From Tubulanus polymorphus (Eukaryota; Animalia; Nemertea), in the NCBI RefSeq assembly GCF_964204645.1, contig NC_134027.1, forward strand, positions 20,422,560 to 20,486,559: a stretch of DNA of 64,000 nt. Reading direction: 5' to 3'. Of this stretch, positions 12,171-23,540 are shown one piece after another (the first letter of the stretch is position 1; each line of letters begins with the position of its first letter). The notes under the pieces were generated by a model. That model saw only the letters and a program-made list of their open reading frames with translations. It was not told the origin of the DNA and searched no databases. Position numbers and translations under genes: made by a program.

Positions 12171-13052
12171 ATGGATGAGAAGATAGCATGCGAAATTTGT
12201 GGCGAACTTCTAAGAAAAAGTAATATGGCTCGACATATGAAAAAACATGATGAAAATTATAGACCCCCTAAAATAAACTGCCCAAAATGTAATAAATTAT
12301 TCTCAAGAAATTATGTTAAAAAACATTCAGAGAAGTGTAGAATTAATGGCGCAACGGCTAATGTTGATAGTAATGAAAGTAATAGTAATTCTGCTGAAGT
12401 TGAACCTGAAGTTATTTGGAAAAGACCTTTCTTATTCTATGATAAGGATAATATAAAAGATCATTTCTGCGAGCCTTGTCGAATAAAATATAGCCCTGAA
12501 AATATAGAAGATTGGGAGAATCATCAATTTCGTAAAGTACATATAGATAAAATTTATAATAAATTTGAAACTGAATTTAATGAAAGAAAAAATAATTTAT
12601 TAGAAAAAATAAAATATGAGAAAACGTTACCAGATAATGAAGAAACAGTTGAAAAGTTAGAAAAACAATATAATGAATTAACAAGAAAACCATATTATTG
12701 TAAATATTGTAAATTGATTATTACAACAAGTAATTCAAATCTACATAATAGAACAATAAAACATAAAGAAAACGTAAGAAAATACCAAGAGCTTAATGAA
12801 GATCTATTACCAGTAAATTATAAACGAAAATGTCCACAATGTAGTTATGCGACCTTAAGGCAAGAAGGTACTGTGTTATTTTGTAATGAATGTGGATGGC
12901 AAAAGAATTTATTGGGTGACGAAAAAACTAGAGATTTTCTCATAGATCCAAAATTAAATTATCTAGATGAAATTTTTAAAATATTTTCTATGGAAGATCA
13001 TACACCAGAATATATGCAATGGCTTGAAAAAAATGAAAATAATAGAAAATAA
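12171..13052 (+). CDS. Multi-zinc-finger viral protein
   Basis: CEICG..HMKKH, CPKC..HSEKC, CEPC..H..H, CKYC..H..H and C4 CPQC..CNEC motifs. TAAATG start. Confidence 0.8.
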   Translation: MDEKIACEICGELLRKSNMARHMKKHDENYRPPKINCPKCNKLFSRNYVKKHSEKCRINGATANVDSNESNSNSAEVEPEVIWKRPFLFYDKDNIKDHFCEPCRIKYSPENIEDWENHQFRKVHIDKIYNKFETEFNERKNNLLEKIKYEKTLPDNEETVEKLEKQYNELTRKPYYCKYCKLIITTSNSNLHNRTIKHKENVRKYQELNEDLLPVNYKRKCPQCSYATLRQEGTVLFCNECGWQKNLLGDEKTRDFLIDPKLNYLDEIFKIFSMEDHTPEYMQWLEKNENNRK

Positions 13053-13488
13053 AAATGGAGAAATAACTAAAAAAGATATTATAAAAACAATTATTCCACC
13101 AACATTAAGCACAAAACAAAAGAAAATGTATTTATATTTATTATTTAACGATTATTATGAAAAACCTAAATTAACAGAAGAAGATATGGAAAATATAAAA
13201 AAAATATTCAAACAAATATTAATGTATCATTTGGAAAATAGAATAACAGATTCAATAAATTATGAATTCTTTTTAAATAAGATTGTAAATTATTTAAACA
13301 TCGATATTATAATTCCATTTGATGAATTAACAAACAAAAAGAAACAAAGAGAGCGAGATGAAATGTGGAACAAGATAGAACTTTATTTAAATGAGAGAAA
13401 TGGAATGGAAGAAGAACCTGAACAATTAAATGAAAATGAAGAAGCCAATAGTGATTTCGAGTATGATGATATTGATTTTATGTTTTAA
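12967..13488 (+). CDS. Hypothetical viral protein with acidic tail (true start probably ~13033)
   Basis: Open frame converging on the polymerase stop codon. Confidence 0.55.
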   Translation: MKFLKYFLWKIIHQNICNGLKKMKIIENKNGEITKKDIIKTIIPPTLSTKQKKMYLYLLFNDYYEKPKLTEEDMENIKKIFKQILMYHLENRITDSINYEFFLNKIVNYLNIDIIIPFDELTNKKKQRERDEMWNKIELYLNERNGMEEEPEQLNENEEANSDFEYDDIDFMF

Positions 13489-16400
13489 TAGCCATAAGGT
13501 AATGTTTTTATACCATCATCTAAAATATGCCTTTTATCATCAAATGGATTTAAACTAGTTTTTTCAACTTCATTAATGTACATCTCATGATCTTCTGATC
13601 TTAAACAATTCATTTTGTGTTTCATTACAATTGATTTATATAAACACTTTATATAATCTTGAAATTCTATATGTTTATCAACCACATGTTTTGTTATTCC
13701 TTTTAACTTTTTAGCTTCATGATCTTTTGTTCTGTAACTATACATTTTACTTCTTATCCCAACAAATTCAATCATTTCATCACCCCCTAATTCATCTTTA
13801 AATTTACCAGGAATCTTTTTATTATCATTGCTAAATAGTTCATGATCTTTGGGATAATTGCTAAAATCAAAATGATGTTTTAATGTTTTTAAGTCTTTTG
13901 TTATGTCATTTGTCTTGATTTTTAGTATGTAGGCGTCAGTATTGACCGCTATTAATGGAAATCCACAGTTAAATGTACCATCTTCAGTTGATAAATCATA
14001 AACATAATCTGTTGGGTTATATATTTCAAATAAATCCTTAACTTCTTCTGTTAACTCATTTTCTACATGGCTTAAATTAAAGCAATTTGGTTTAGATTTA
14101 ATCAATCCAATATTCATATTAAATCCTAATGAAGTGCATAATATATTCAATCCTGATATAGCAACTTTTCCTTTTTGAGCTAAAGATATTGTTTTGTGGT
14201 TTTTGAAACTTTTTGAACCATCTGCTGCGTAGAATCCAATGAAGAACCATTTTCTTAAATTATTTTTTGCATTTAATACATAATCTGGAACTATCTTTTC
14301 TTTTGTTGAAGTATTACTTTTAACTATTGCATGAATATAGAATTCATCATTATATTTAATTGCAAAATCTTTAGGGTTATTCACACGTATTCTAAAAACT
14401 GCCGATGATTTCATATGATCCACGATTCTAAATTTTTTATGTGAATAGACTTCTTCACAGAATTTTTTAATTCTTTCTAATAATTTGTTTCTTGATTGCA
14501 TAAATACCAACAATATTGAGTGCGATTAACATATTTATACACACCTGCTGAACCATCACCCATGAAAAATCCTTTGATAAAATATTCTTTTTCTTTTAAT
14601 GTTTCGGGTTCTATATTATAAATATTATCAATAATTTCATCAAATGACATATGATTCATTCTTTGGAAAAATCTTTTATGTAATAATTCATCTCCAATTT
14701 TTATATCAGTTGGTTTTATTTCATCACCATTTCGTTTAATTAAACTATGATCTTCTGTAACATCTACAAATCCTAATTTAGTTCTAACTCTATAGATTTT
14801 CTTATTTGTTTTATGCCTAATAATATTCTTTAAATTTTTCCATCCATTTCTTGTCCAAACATCCATTAAACCATTTATTTGTATTAATTCTTTTTCTCCA
14901 TATGAAATATAACATTCATTTTGTTTTGGAATTATTTCTGAAATTCTTCTTACCAATATTTTATTATTACATTTTAATAATATTGGGGTGTCAGCTGTTA
15001 CAGAATCAAAATATAATATTTCAATATGCTTTTCCCCAAAAAGTGGTTGTAAAACATTATAATAAAAATCATACATTAATAATTTTGATACTTCTAAAAC
15101 AGTCGAACCAATAAACATAGGTTTATTAAATTTCATTGATGTTCTTTTTAATTTAACTGCTGTTAAATAATCTTCAAATCTTTTATTTCCTAAATGTCTA
15201 GGACTTGATTGTAAATGTCTTAATCTTTCAGAATTATTTACTAATTCAATATCATTTCTATTTCTAATATTTTCACATGTTTTACCATAAAAACTATTAT
15301 TCATTAATTTGAAGAAATCTTTTTCAAAATCTGTTTTTGATATGGTTCTCTGTTGAGTATTGAAATCTATATGTTTCTTGTTTTAAACTTTATATTTTCA
15401 GGATATTCTAAATCAACTACAAAGAAATAACCAATTGGTGCTTCATCTTTTAAACTCGCAATTGCGCTTTCCCAATCAGTTTTATCACCATTTTCAACTT
15501 CTGTTAATATAAAATTTTTAAAATCTCCCATAACACCACTAATTCCACCTCTAATTGATTTTTCAAATAATAAAACCATATCTGGTTCTTTTAATAAATC
15601 TAATTCTACATTTTTATATTTTAAACCACATTGCCAGGTTAAACCAGGACTAGAGTAGCAATAACAAGGATCAACATTAAAATGATTCAAATTAACTTCT
15701 CTAAATTTTTCAAATATGTCAGCCAATATCATTACATCTGATTTTAAATATAAATCAACTAATTCACCATGATTTTTCATCTTAAAATGGTTCCAAATAT
15801 TTAATGTTCTATTAAACACTTCATCTTTCACATACTCCTCTTTTAATTGATCATAAAATTGATCTTTTAATAATTTTGTTACATTAAAATCATCATGTGT
15901 TTTATAAAATGAATAAGGAATTGCGCCTTAATATCTCAATAATTTAAAATCTTGTTCCATTGGATAATAATATCGAGTTATAACAAAATCATTATCAACT
16001 AAACTTTTTGATAAATTATCTAATGAACTTGCTAGAAATCTATAAGAATCTAAAAATCTAATGCAACCAAATTGAAATGAAATATAATTTTCGGATGTTT
16101 TAGCTAATAGTTTAAAATCATATTTTCTTACATTTACACCATTCATAGCATCATATTCTTCTATTTCTTGATTAATTGCGCCCAATTTTCCCGATAATTG
16201 TTTTATAAATAGATGGGTATCATATCCTGATAAATTATGAAATATTATTGGTACGAAATTTACTTTTTTAGCTTGTAAATTGCAATCTTCATGAGCAGCT
16301 CCACGATATTTTGAATTCAAATGATCATGATCTCTAACTTTTTTATCAAATGAATAAAAACGTTTTTCACAATAACAACTATGAGTTGCATAATTAAAAT

Positions 16401-18226
16401 CAATAACATCTTCTTTTGTCATAACTATTCTTTTATTTTTGTTTAATAATTTTGTAAAATCACTTTCTAATTCAATCATTTTGTCACAAAAATCATTAAC
16501 TACATTTTCACCTCTAAAAGAAATATATTGACTTTCATATAATTCGGGATAATTTGATTTGATGTAAATTCCATAAGCAGCAGCTCTTTGATGAACTTTT
16601 TTAATTGTATTTATAATTGGTGGGTCTTGTATTGTGTCTTCATTTAATTCATTTCCTTTATCCATTGATTTTAATAATTGCTTTTTGTTATATATTTCTT
16701 TTCTATCTTGATCAGTTAATTCTTTATTCAACGATTCAAAATCCCCATAAATTACAAATGGAACAATATTTTTAAATTTATGATTAGTAAATTTCAATTT
16801 ATAATCTTTTTCTGTTGGCATTATTAATTTACAAAAATCTTTATTATCACATATTTCTTTATGTTTTAGTAACGCATTCTCAGTTCTAAATTTATATAAA
16901 CATTTTCTACATAGATAAATTTTATGGCTGTTAAAATCACTTTCTGTTCTAAAGAATAAATCAATTTGTTTTAACCACATATAATGTTCATTTTCATCTT
17001 TTTTGTAATATAACAAATCTATAGCATTTTCATCATCATAATATTCTGTTAAATATAAAGCTTCCAATGTATAATCTTTAATATTTTCACCTTTTGTCTT
17101 TGGTAATTCCATTAATTCGAATACATTTATTTTTAACTTATTAATTTTTTCTATTTTGGGTATCATTTTTATAGTTACTGGATATTGATCAATTTTATAT
17201 AATGTTTCATATTTCCGATAATCTGTTATTCTACAAACATTTTCCTGTGTTGGATGTAAGCAACTAATAATTGACCATAGAAAACATTTATTATCTTCAT
17301 TTTGAATATTTATTACTGCTTTTGTCGTAAATGGTAATTTAATATAAGATGATGCTTTAATATCCTTTTCTGTTGTAAAGTTTGAATCATTTTTAAACAT
17401 TGTTTTACTTTTTGATGTTATATTTCTTTTTGTATTGTAAACATTTAAATCTAAATATATAATTTCATTCAATGTTAAGCCAGAACCCTCAAAATATCTT
17501 TCTTCAATATGACGTTTAAATCCATTAAATATTTTTTCTAACTTCTCTTTTATTTGTGTTTTTGAAATTATTTCTTCAGAGTGTGTTTGAATATTATAAT
17601 TCATTTTTTCTTCTGACTTTATAAAACTTACTTTCCCAGAGATACTAATTTTTGGATATTCAACATCTGTTATCAAATCTAGTATTTTTTTCTATTATTT
17701 CATTAAATTTACTATAATCTTCTATTGTTGTACCTTTAAAGAATCTAAATATAATAGCCGCAGGACCAATTTTACTATGTAATGTTTCTAAAATTTCAAT
17801 TGTATCTTTTATTTCTAGTGAATCAATATAATTTCTAACATTTTCCATGTAAGGTTTATTTGAAATGGATTTAGTTTTTGAAGTTGGTTTTTTTACTTTT
17901 TGAGGTTTATCATCGAAATAATCTTTTCCTAAAACATTATTACTCAAATTTTGATGGTGTTTTTGTGATTCGAGATGTCTATTATAATTCCTTTTTACTA
18001 TAAATTCATTAGAAACTTCACATTTTATTTCATCCAAATTCATATTTTCTAATCGTTCTTTTCTTTCATTGGAATTTTCTGGAGTTTCAAAATCTATTAC
18101 ATTTTTTATATGATTTGAAGACTTTTCATGACGCGATTTTTGAGATTTATCAATGTATTTTTTACAATATGGACAATGATATTGATTTTCATAAACATCA
18201 ATTTGTTCTGTCTTATTCTCTTCCAT
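13485..18226 (-). pseudogene. polB: Protein-primed family B DNA polymerase (pPolB) with N-terminal zinc fingers, inserted endonuclease VII-like domain and an intein; inactivated
   Basis: SSYIKLP..VINIQNEDNKCFLWS; ExoI IYGDFES; ExoII FHNLSGYD; YLKSDVMILADIFEKFR; motif B KLMNNSFYGK; motif C YFD|TDA; GKFKDE..RSKMYS..KLKGI..FDDKR. Lesions: frameshift ~17670, TAA at 15928-15930, motif A missing (deletion ~15525), a second deletion ~15370, and a frameshift ~14490. Confidence 0.93.
13941..15004 (-). mobile_element. Intein with LAGLIDADG homing endonuclease in pPolB motif C (pol-c site)
   Basis: Block A SVTADTPILL; block B VDVTEDHSL; blocks C/E IKGFFMGDGS and FIGFYAADGS; block F YVYDLSTEDGTFNCG; terminal IAVN followed by +1 Thr (TDA). 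1064 bp with one frameshift near 14490. Confidence 0.93.
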
Positions 18227-18249
18227 TTATAAGGAAAAAAAATTACTTG

Positions 18250-18566
18250 TGGTGATGAGTGGGGATTACTTCCCCCTGTATATAACAAGTGCGCTATTAA
18301 CCGTTCTCACCCAAGCCTCACAGCATCTATTTATCCGGGTACAGTTGACACGCAATCACTGTACTACTACAGTAATAGCACACGCGTTAATAACCGTTCT
18401 CAGTAGAGACTCACTGTATCGATCTATCCACGCGCAGCTGCTGTTACGCGCACTCACTGTATATGTGTGTCACAGAGCAATCGTCCGTTCTCACTAGAGC
18501 CTAGCTGTGATGAGTGGTGTCTCGACCTCTCGACCTCTGATCTGAAAACGCCATCTTCTAATTACT
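18250..18566. repeat. Putative right terminal region/TIR of the Polinton-like element
   Basis: Non-coding and more GC-rich. Short repeats (a)ccgttctca at ~18299, ~18393 and ~18485, and ctcgacct x2. Ends in ATTACT. Confidence 0.55.
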
Positions 18567-20192
18567 AATAGACTTTATAAATTTCTATGCAAACATAACA
18601 TACTGAATACCGCCAATATGGATTTAGACCAAAACACTCTACTACTCACGCAATCACAGAATTTACAGGCTCTATACTACAAAATCTTGAAAAGGGGGAT
18701 CACTCCCTTGGCCTCTTTCTGGACTTATCTAAGGCTTTTGACTCCCTCGATATCAACAAATTATTATTTAAATCATCCCACTATGGTATTCGAGGTCATG
18801 CCTATAATTGGTTCAAATCATATTTATGCAATCGTAAAATATTTGTTAAATTCAATAATGCCTACTCTTCCTATAATACCGTTTCATTTGGTGTCCCACA
18901 GGGATCGGTCCTTGGGCCCTTACTTTTTCTTATTTATGTCAATGATCTTAATCACAACCTCTGCTACACTAAAGCTGTTTCCTTTGCAGATGATACTAAC
19001 TTACTTATTTCCAACAAACATATGAATTTACTATTGCATAATGCTAAAATTGATCTCAATATTATCATTGACTGGTTTAACTCAAATAAACTCACTCTTA
19101 ACATAGATAAGACAAAGTGCTTACTTTTTTCAAAAGATAAAACCATTGACAAATCATTATACAAAATAGTATTTGGAAAACACTCTCTTGAAATAGTAAA
19201 CTCTACTAAATTTCTTGATTTGCTAATTGATGATCGTCTAAATTGGGAACCTCATGTAAAACAATTAATTAACAAATTAAACAAAAATTTATATCTTTTA
19301 AGAAGTTTAAAAAATCTCATTCCCTGCTGGACTAAAAAACTGTTATATATAAGCTATATCCAAAGTCACCTAACGTATGCACTTATTGCGTGGGGGCCAT
19401 TGTTATCATCTAGTCAATCCAAAAGTCTCTTTACTATTCAGAAAAAAGCACTAAGACTCATCGAAAACTCAGCTTATAACGCCCCAACAGGTCCTATTTT
19501 CAAAAAATATAAAATACTTAAATTCCATGATCTGATTCAACTGGAAATTATCAAATTAGGATTTCAAAACACTCATAACTCCCTCCCATCTCCACTGCTA
19601 AATTTATTTCATCATAATTTTAACTTCCACTCCCACAATACCAGACAGTTTAACTACGCGAGAGCTGCTTTCCATAAATCCAAATTATACAGTAAATCCT
19701 TCTTAGCTCAGATGCCTAGTATTTGGCAAAATACTCCGAATGTTATCCGTTCATCCACCAGCATAAATTCACTATCATTCCAATTTAAAAAACAAATATT
19801 ACTGAAATACGCGTAATTATTCATCTCCCGTTGAGGAAAAACTTGGTATGTGTTTAGTCTTAACTAAACTTGACTAGACTGCTATACTAGACTATCTATC
19901 TTTGTAATCATTCTTATCTGTGGCATTTGCTTTCTCCATATTTGTAATCAATCATTATTATTATTATTATCAATCAATCATTATTATTATTATTATTACT
20001 ATTATTATTATTATTATTATTATCATTATTATTACTATTATCATTATTATTATTATTACTATTATTATTATCATTATGAGTATCTTTACCTAAATTACTG
20101 AAATATTAATGGTTATAGTATATTGCCGTAATTATGATTATCATTGTATTTGTATTTGTATAAGTTATTGTTGTCATCATTATTAGAATTTG

Positions 20193-20256
<64 letters not shown>

Positions 20257-20440
20257 GATTAGCATAATTATTATTGTTAGCATTAAGATTATTAATAGCA
20301 TTATTTATAAGTATCACTGCACATTCCCCTGCACTCTGCACAAGGTTCCAGCGCCTTAATTTTATGTACAGCCTGTTGGCTTGCACTGGATACCTCTTAA
20401 CCGGTTTACGAAAATAAATTATTAATTAATTATTAATAAT
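18567..20440 (+). mobile_element. 5'-truncated CR1/L2-type LINE (RT and C-terminal ORF2 plus 3' UTR)
   Basis: YGFRPKHSTTHA, FLDLSKAFD, GVPQGSVLGP and FADD motifs in frameshifted frames. ORF 19022-19816. ATT-rich tail. Confidence 0.88.
19950..20300. repeat. (ATT)n microsatellite tracts
   Basis: Long attatt runs at 19955-20075 and 20193-20255. Confidence 0.95.
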
Positions 20441-21712
20441 CTATCAGCAACATATGCCTCTAAATGGCGATTACACATTAATCATGGTAAATCAAAGGTC
20501 ATTGTATTTGAGAAACGAAAAAACCCGTAATAGACCGCAGTTTTTTATAAACGGTCACGTTATTGAGGTGGTAGATGATTTTAAGTACTTAGGTATAATA
20601 TTCACTTATCATGGTAAAATAACTCTTATGTAGGAAGACTATGTATGTTTAAGCACAAAGGGCTATGTTCTATGTCCTGAAGAAGGTTCAACAGTACTCA
20701 ATAAGTACATATATGGCCCTACAACTTTACGATAGTATAGTACTCTGTGTCCTGTTATTTGGTTGCGAGGTGTGGGGCTACGAAAACCTAAATTCAATCG
20801 AAAAAATCCAGTTGACCTTTTTCTAATTATCTGCTTAAATTAAAAAAGTCCACACCATTAATTTTTGTGTATTTAGAATTAGGTCGTCTACCTCTTCAAA
20901 ACGTTGTTAAACGCAGAATGATGAAATTCTGGTCAAGGTTGGTTAATGAAGATAATTTATCCTCAAGAATTTATAGATGTATCTATGACCTAATCTATGA
21001 CCTAGCCATTAATGGTATCCATTTAGATTGGATTTCTTTTCTTCAGAACATTTTAGAAACAAGCGGTTTGGGTTACTTGTGGTATAATCATCAATCCATG
21101 GATCCAGAATTTATTGCGCACAGTCCTTTCGACTTAAAGATCAATATATTCAGAATTGGCAAGCTCAATGTAGTGAAAGTACCGTCGCCGACTCTTATAG
21201 AATATTCAAAACAGTATGGGGTTTTGAAAAATACGTAACTGATCTCCCTTGTGATTTAAGAATATCATTTTGCAGGTTTCGTTGCTCTAACCATACCCTA
21301 CCTATAGAAGTTGGTAGATACCAACGTATCCCAAGGGAGGATAGACTGTGCACGAAATGCCAGCTTGCTGTTGTTTGTGATGAATACCACTTCATCTTGG
21401 TTTGCCCTTTTTGGAAAATATTAGGCAGACCTACATCAAAGAATACTATAGGAGTAAACCTAGTGTAGTAAAATTTCAAAAACTGTTGAATTCCTCTGGT
21501 AAGACGCGTTTGTCTCTTGTTAACTACGTAAGAAAAGGCATGGCCTTTTATCAAATAACATATAGTAAAATAATCATGATGTTTTTCTCACTGTCGATTT
21601 ATGTACACCTAAGCCTGTCATTTTCCTGTATATTGTTTTCTTTTCTCGTATTGATCTGCTCTGTGCAAAAATGTCTTTTGTTGAGCAATAAACTTTTGAA
21701 TTGAATTGAATT
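20440..21712 (+). mobile_element. Decayed LINE 3' fragment (ORF2 C-terminus) with (TTGAA)n tail
   Basis: KW.L.IN..KSKVIVF, FKYLG, GCEVWG, ELGRLPL, NHTLPIEVGRY and C..C..DEYHF..C motifs. Ends aataaa..ttgaattgaattgaa. Confidence 0.8.
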
Positions 21713-21974
21713 CAAGATAATAATTTGGAGTAGCATATCAGAATTCTGGATTGAAAGGGTTTCCATATTTCGTGGACGTTGATAGTTCTTATCGAATAAT
21801 TCCTCATTGCGTTGACGTCATCCAGGTTCTGCAGCGTATGTAGCCTAGTATTCGCTGCATAGCCAACAAGCACGCGTTAATTTTGAAGTAAATCTCTCCC
21901 TTCTGAGGCCAATATGATACAGGGAACACATTTCTCTCCTGGAAAACACCAGTTTCGTCATATCGCGGAATTGC

Positions 21975-22200
21975 TGGGTGTTACTAAAACTATGCACTAC
22001 TAAAACGAAGACCTATGCACCCGAGAAAAATAACCGAACACTTTACGTTTCATTATGTATGTTTATATCTAGTAGGTCCCTTTGCATTTACTCATCGACA
22101 GAGGTGGTTGAATATACAGATAGCACCCCTAGTTATGATTTCTAATGAGTGCATTGGTCTTCGGTCTTCGTTTTAGTAGTGCATAGTTTTAATAACACAC
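21975..22200. mobile_element. MITE with ~40-bp TIRs and 9-bp TSD (Mutator-like)
   Basis: gggtgttactaaaactatgcactactaaaacgaagacc vs ggtcttcgttttagtagtgcatagttttaataacacac. Flanked by cggaattgc at 21966 and 22201. Confidence 0.75.
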
Positions 22201-23540
22201 CGGAATTGCAGAATGTTAGAAAACATGGAATTTTTCATTTTTACTATAAATAGTAACAACCGGGTTTTTTTCCGCGGGGATACCCTTTGTTCGACAATGC
22301 ACGCGTGTAAAAGTTTATAAAAGCTGAATGGTATTAAAACGGTTTCTATTTTTAATTCAGCTCTTTGAGGAAGCTGTTACACAGTAACTTCTACGTGTTG
22401 GTTCATTGGGTCTAAAAAATCTTACTATTGGTACTAGACAGCGCTCTCTATCAAAAAATGATGAAAGGAACCGGTGCTTGTTTGATCGTAGCACATTTCC
22501 CGTTTGCAGCCATCTCGAACTGTCCGACCTGCAGCGACCGTGCTCCATCCCCAAACTGATAATTTCGGATTCTACGAGTCCGCAGGAAGTCGATTACCTT
22601 CGATAACCGGAGTTTGCACTGGTGTCTGGTCACTTTTCCCGATTAGATTCTGACTGCTGCTGAACGATTCTCATTACGTGTATCGTCTTCTTCAATCGGA
22701 TTCTTTCGTTATAATAATCTTCTGAGGATATGCGATATTTAGAAATTTCATCAAAGACTTGGAAACATTTAATTCAGTAATGCTCTTTTCTTTTCGGTTT
22801 TGATTGTTTTACAACTTTAAAATATGGATTTAATTGTAAGAACTTGAAACCATTCAGTGGCGGATCCAGGCGCTGCGGTCACGCGATTCCCCTCTAAGTT
22901 CAGACAAAATTAATCACATCTTTAGATAATCGCTACGCAGCACAATTTCGTTTGACCTCGTGAGTTTGAACCTCTCGAATCCAATTTGTGAAATACTGCA
23001 ATAAGTCTTATCTTAGATAAAATAAAATACGTACATTATGAAGAAATTCAAGAAACAGTGAGTTGAATTTGATTCCGGAACCCAGTTCTCCACTGAGGAA
23101 TTTGTGTATTAATAGGGCAAAGGAGAGATCGATATTAATATTTTCATAATGGCTGAGATATTAATTCTTATATTATCTTTTAACAATAATTTTCACTTCC
23201 TTATTATCCACAGGGTTGGTAGATAAGATATATGACGTAATGTGGGGAATAACTCGGAATACAACATTGCAGAAGATACGAAGTTTATTATACTGACCTG
23301 ACCGAAGCCAAGCACAGTTAAGCAAATTGGCTTCCCTCCTCGACAAATAGTAAATGGCAAATGCATGGATTTAACTATAGTCAGAATTATTGTATGAATA
23401 CTGACAAATATTACCTAATGACCAAAGAGAAATGTTTGTGTATACAAGTTCTGTCCAATGAACAAATGGCATTGATGTCACTAGCAGACAACCAATATAT
23501 AGCAATGAAAACTATTACATGAAACAGCCAGAATATATCC

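Larger units (their letters stand above)
6943..18245. promoter_or_regulatory. Recurrent AATTTTTT-N(4-6)-TAAATG start motif upstream of the viral genes
   Basis: Seen at starts 6942, 8427, 9832, 10283, 10726, 10972, 11329, 12171 and 18226, with a variant at 12102. Also seen at 44971 outside this span. Confidence 0.75.
6211..18566. mobile_element. Endogenous Polinton/Maverick-like virus, left-truncated and partly pseudogenised
   Basis: Intronless, tightly packed, very AT-rich ORF cluster with pPolB, major capsid-like and penton-like genes. The right end reads ...ATTACT (reverse complement AGTAAT) and abuts a LINE RT frame. No matching left TIR, integrase, ATPase or protease is visible. Confidence 0.9.

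Noticed and set aside
13941-15004. Hedgehog/Hint-domain host gene as an alternative explanation for the intein
   Set aside because: It has LAGLIDADG blocks and a C-terminal Asn/+1 Thr, and it sits precisely in polymerase motif C, so it is a true intein.
6211-18566. Bacteriophage/prophage or bacterial contamination
   Set aside because: No Shine-Dalgarno pattern, a Polinton-type pPolB and capsids, direct junctions with eukaryotic LINE DNA, and related copies elsewhere in the window, one with a TSD.
20113-20359. Poly-Asn / poly-Leu ORFs
   Set aside because: Translation of the (ATT)n microsatellite.
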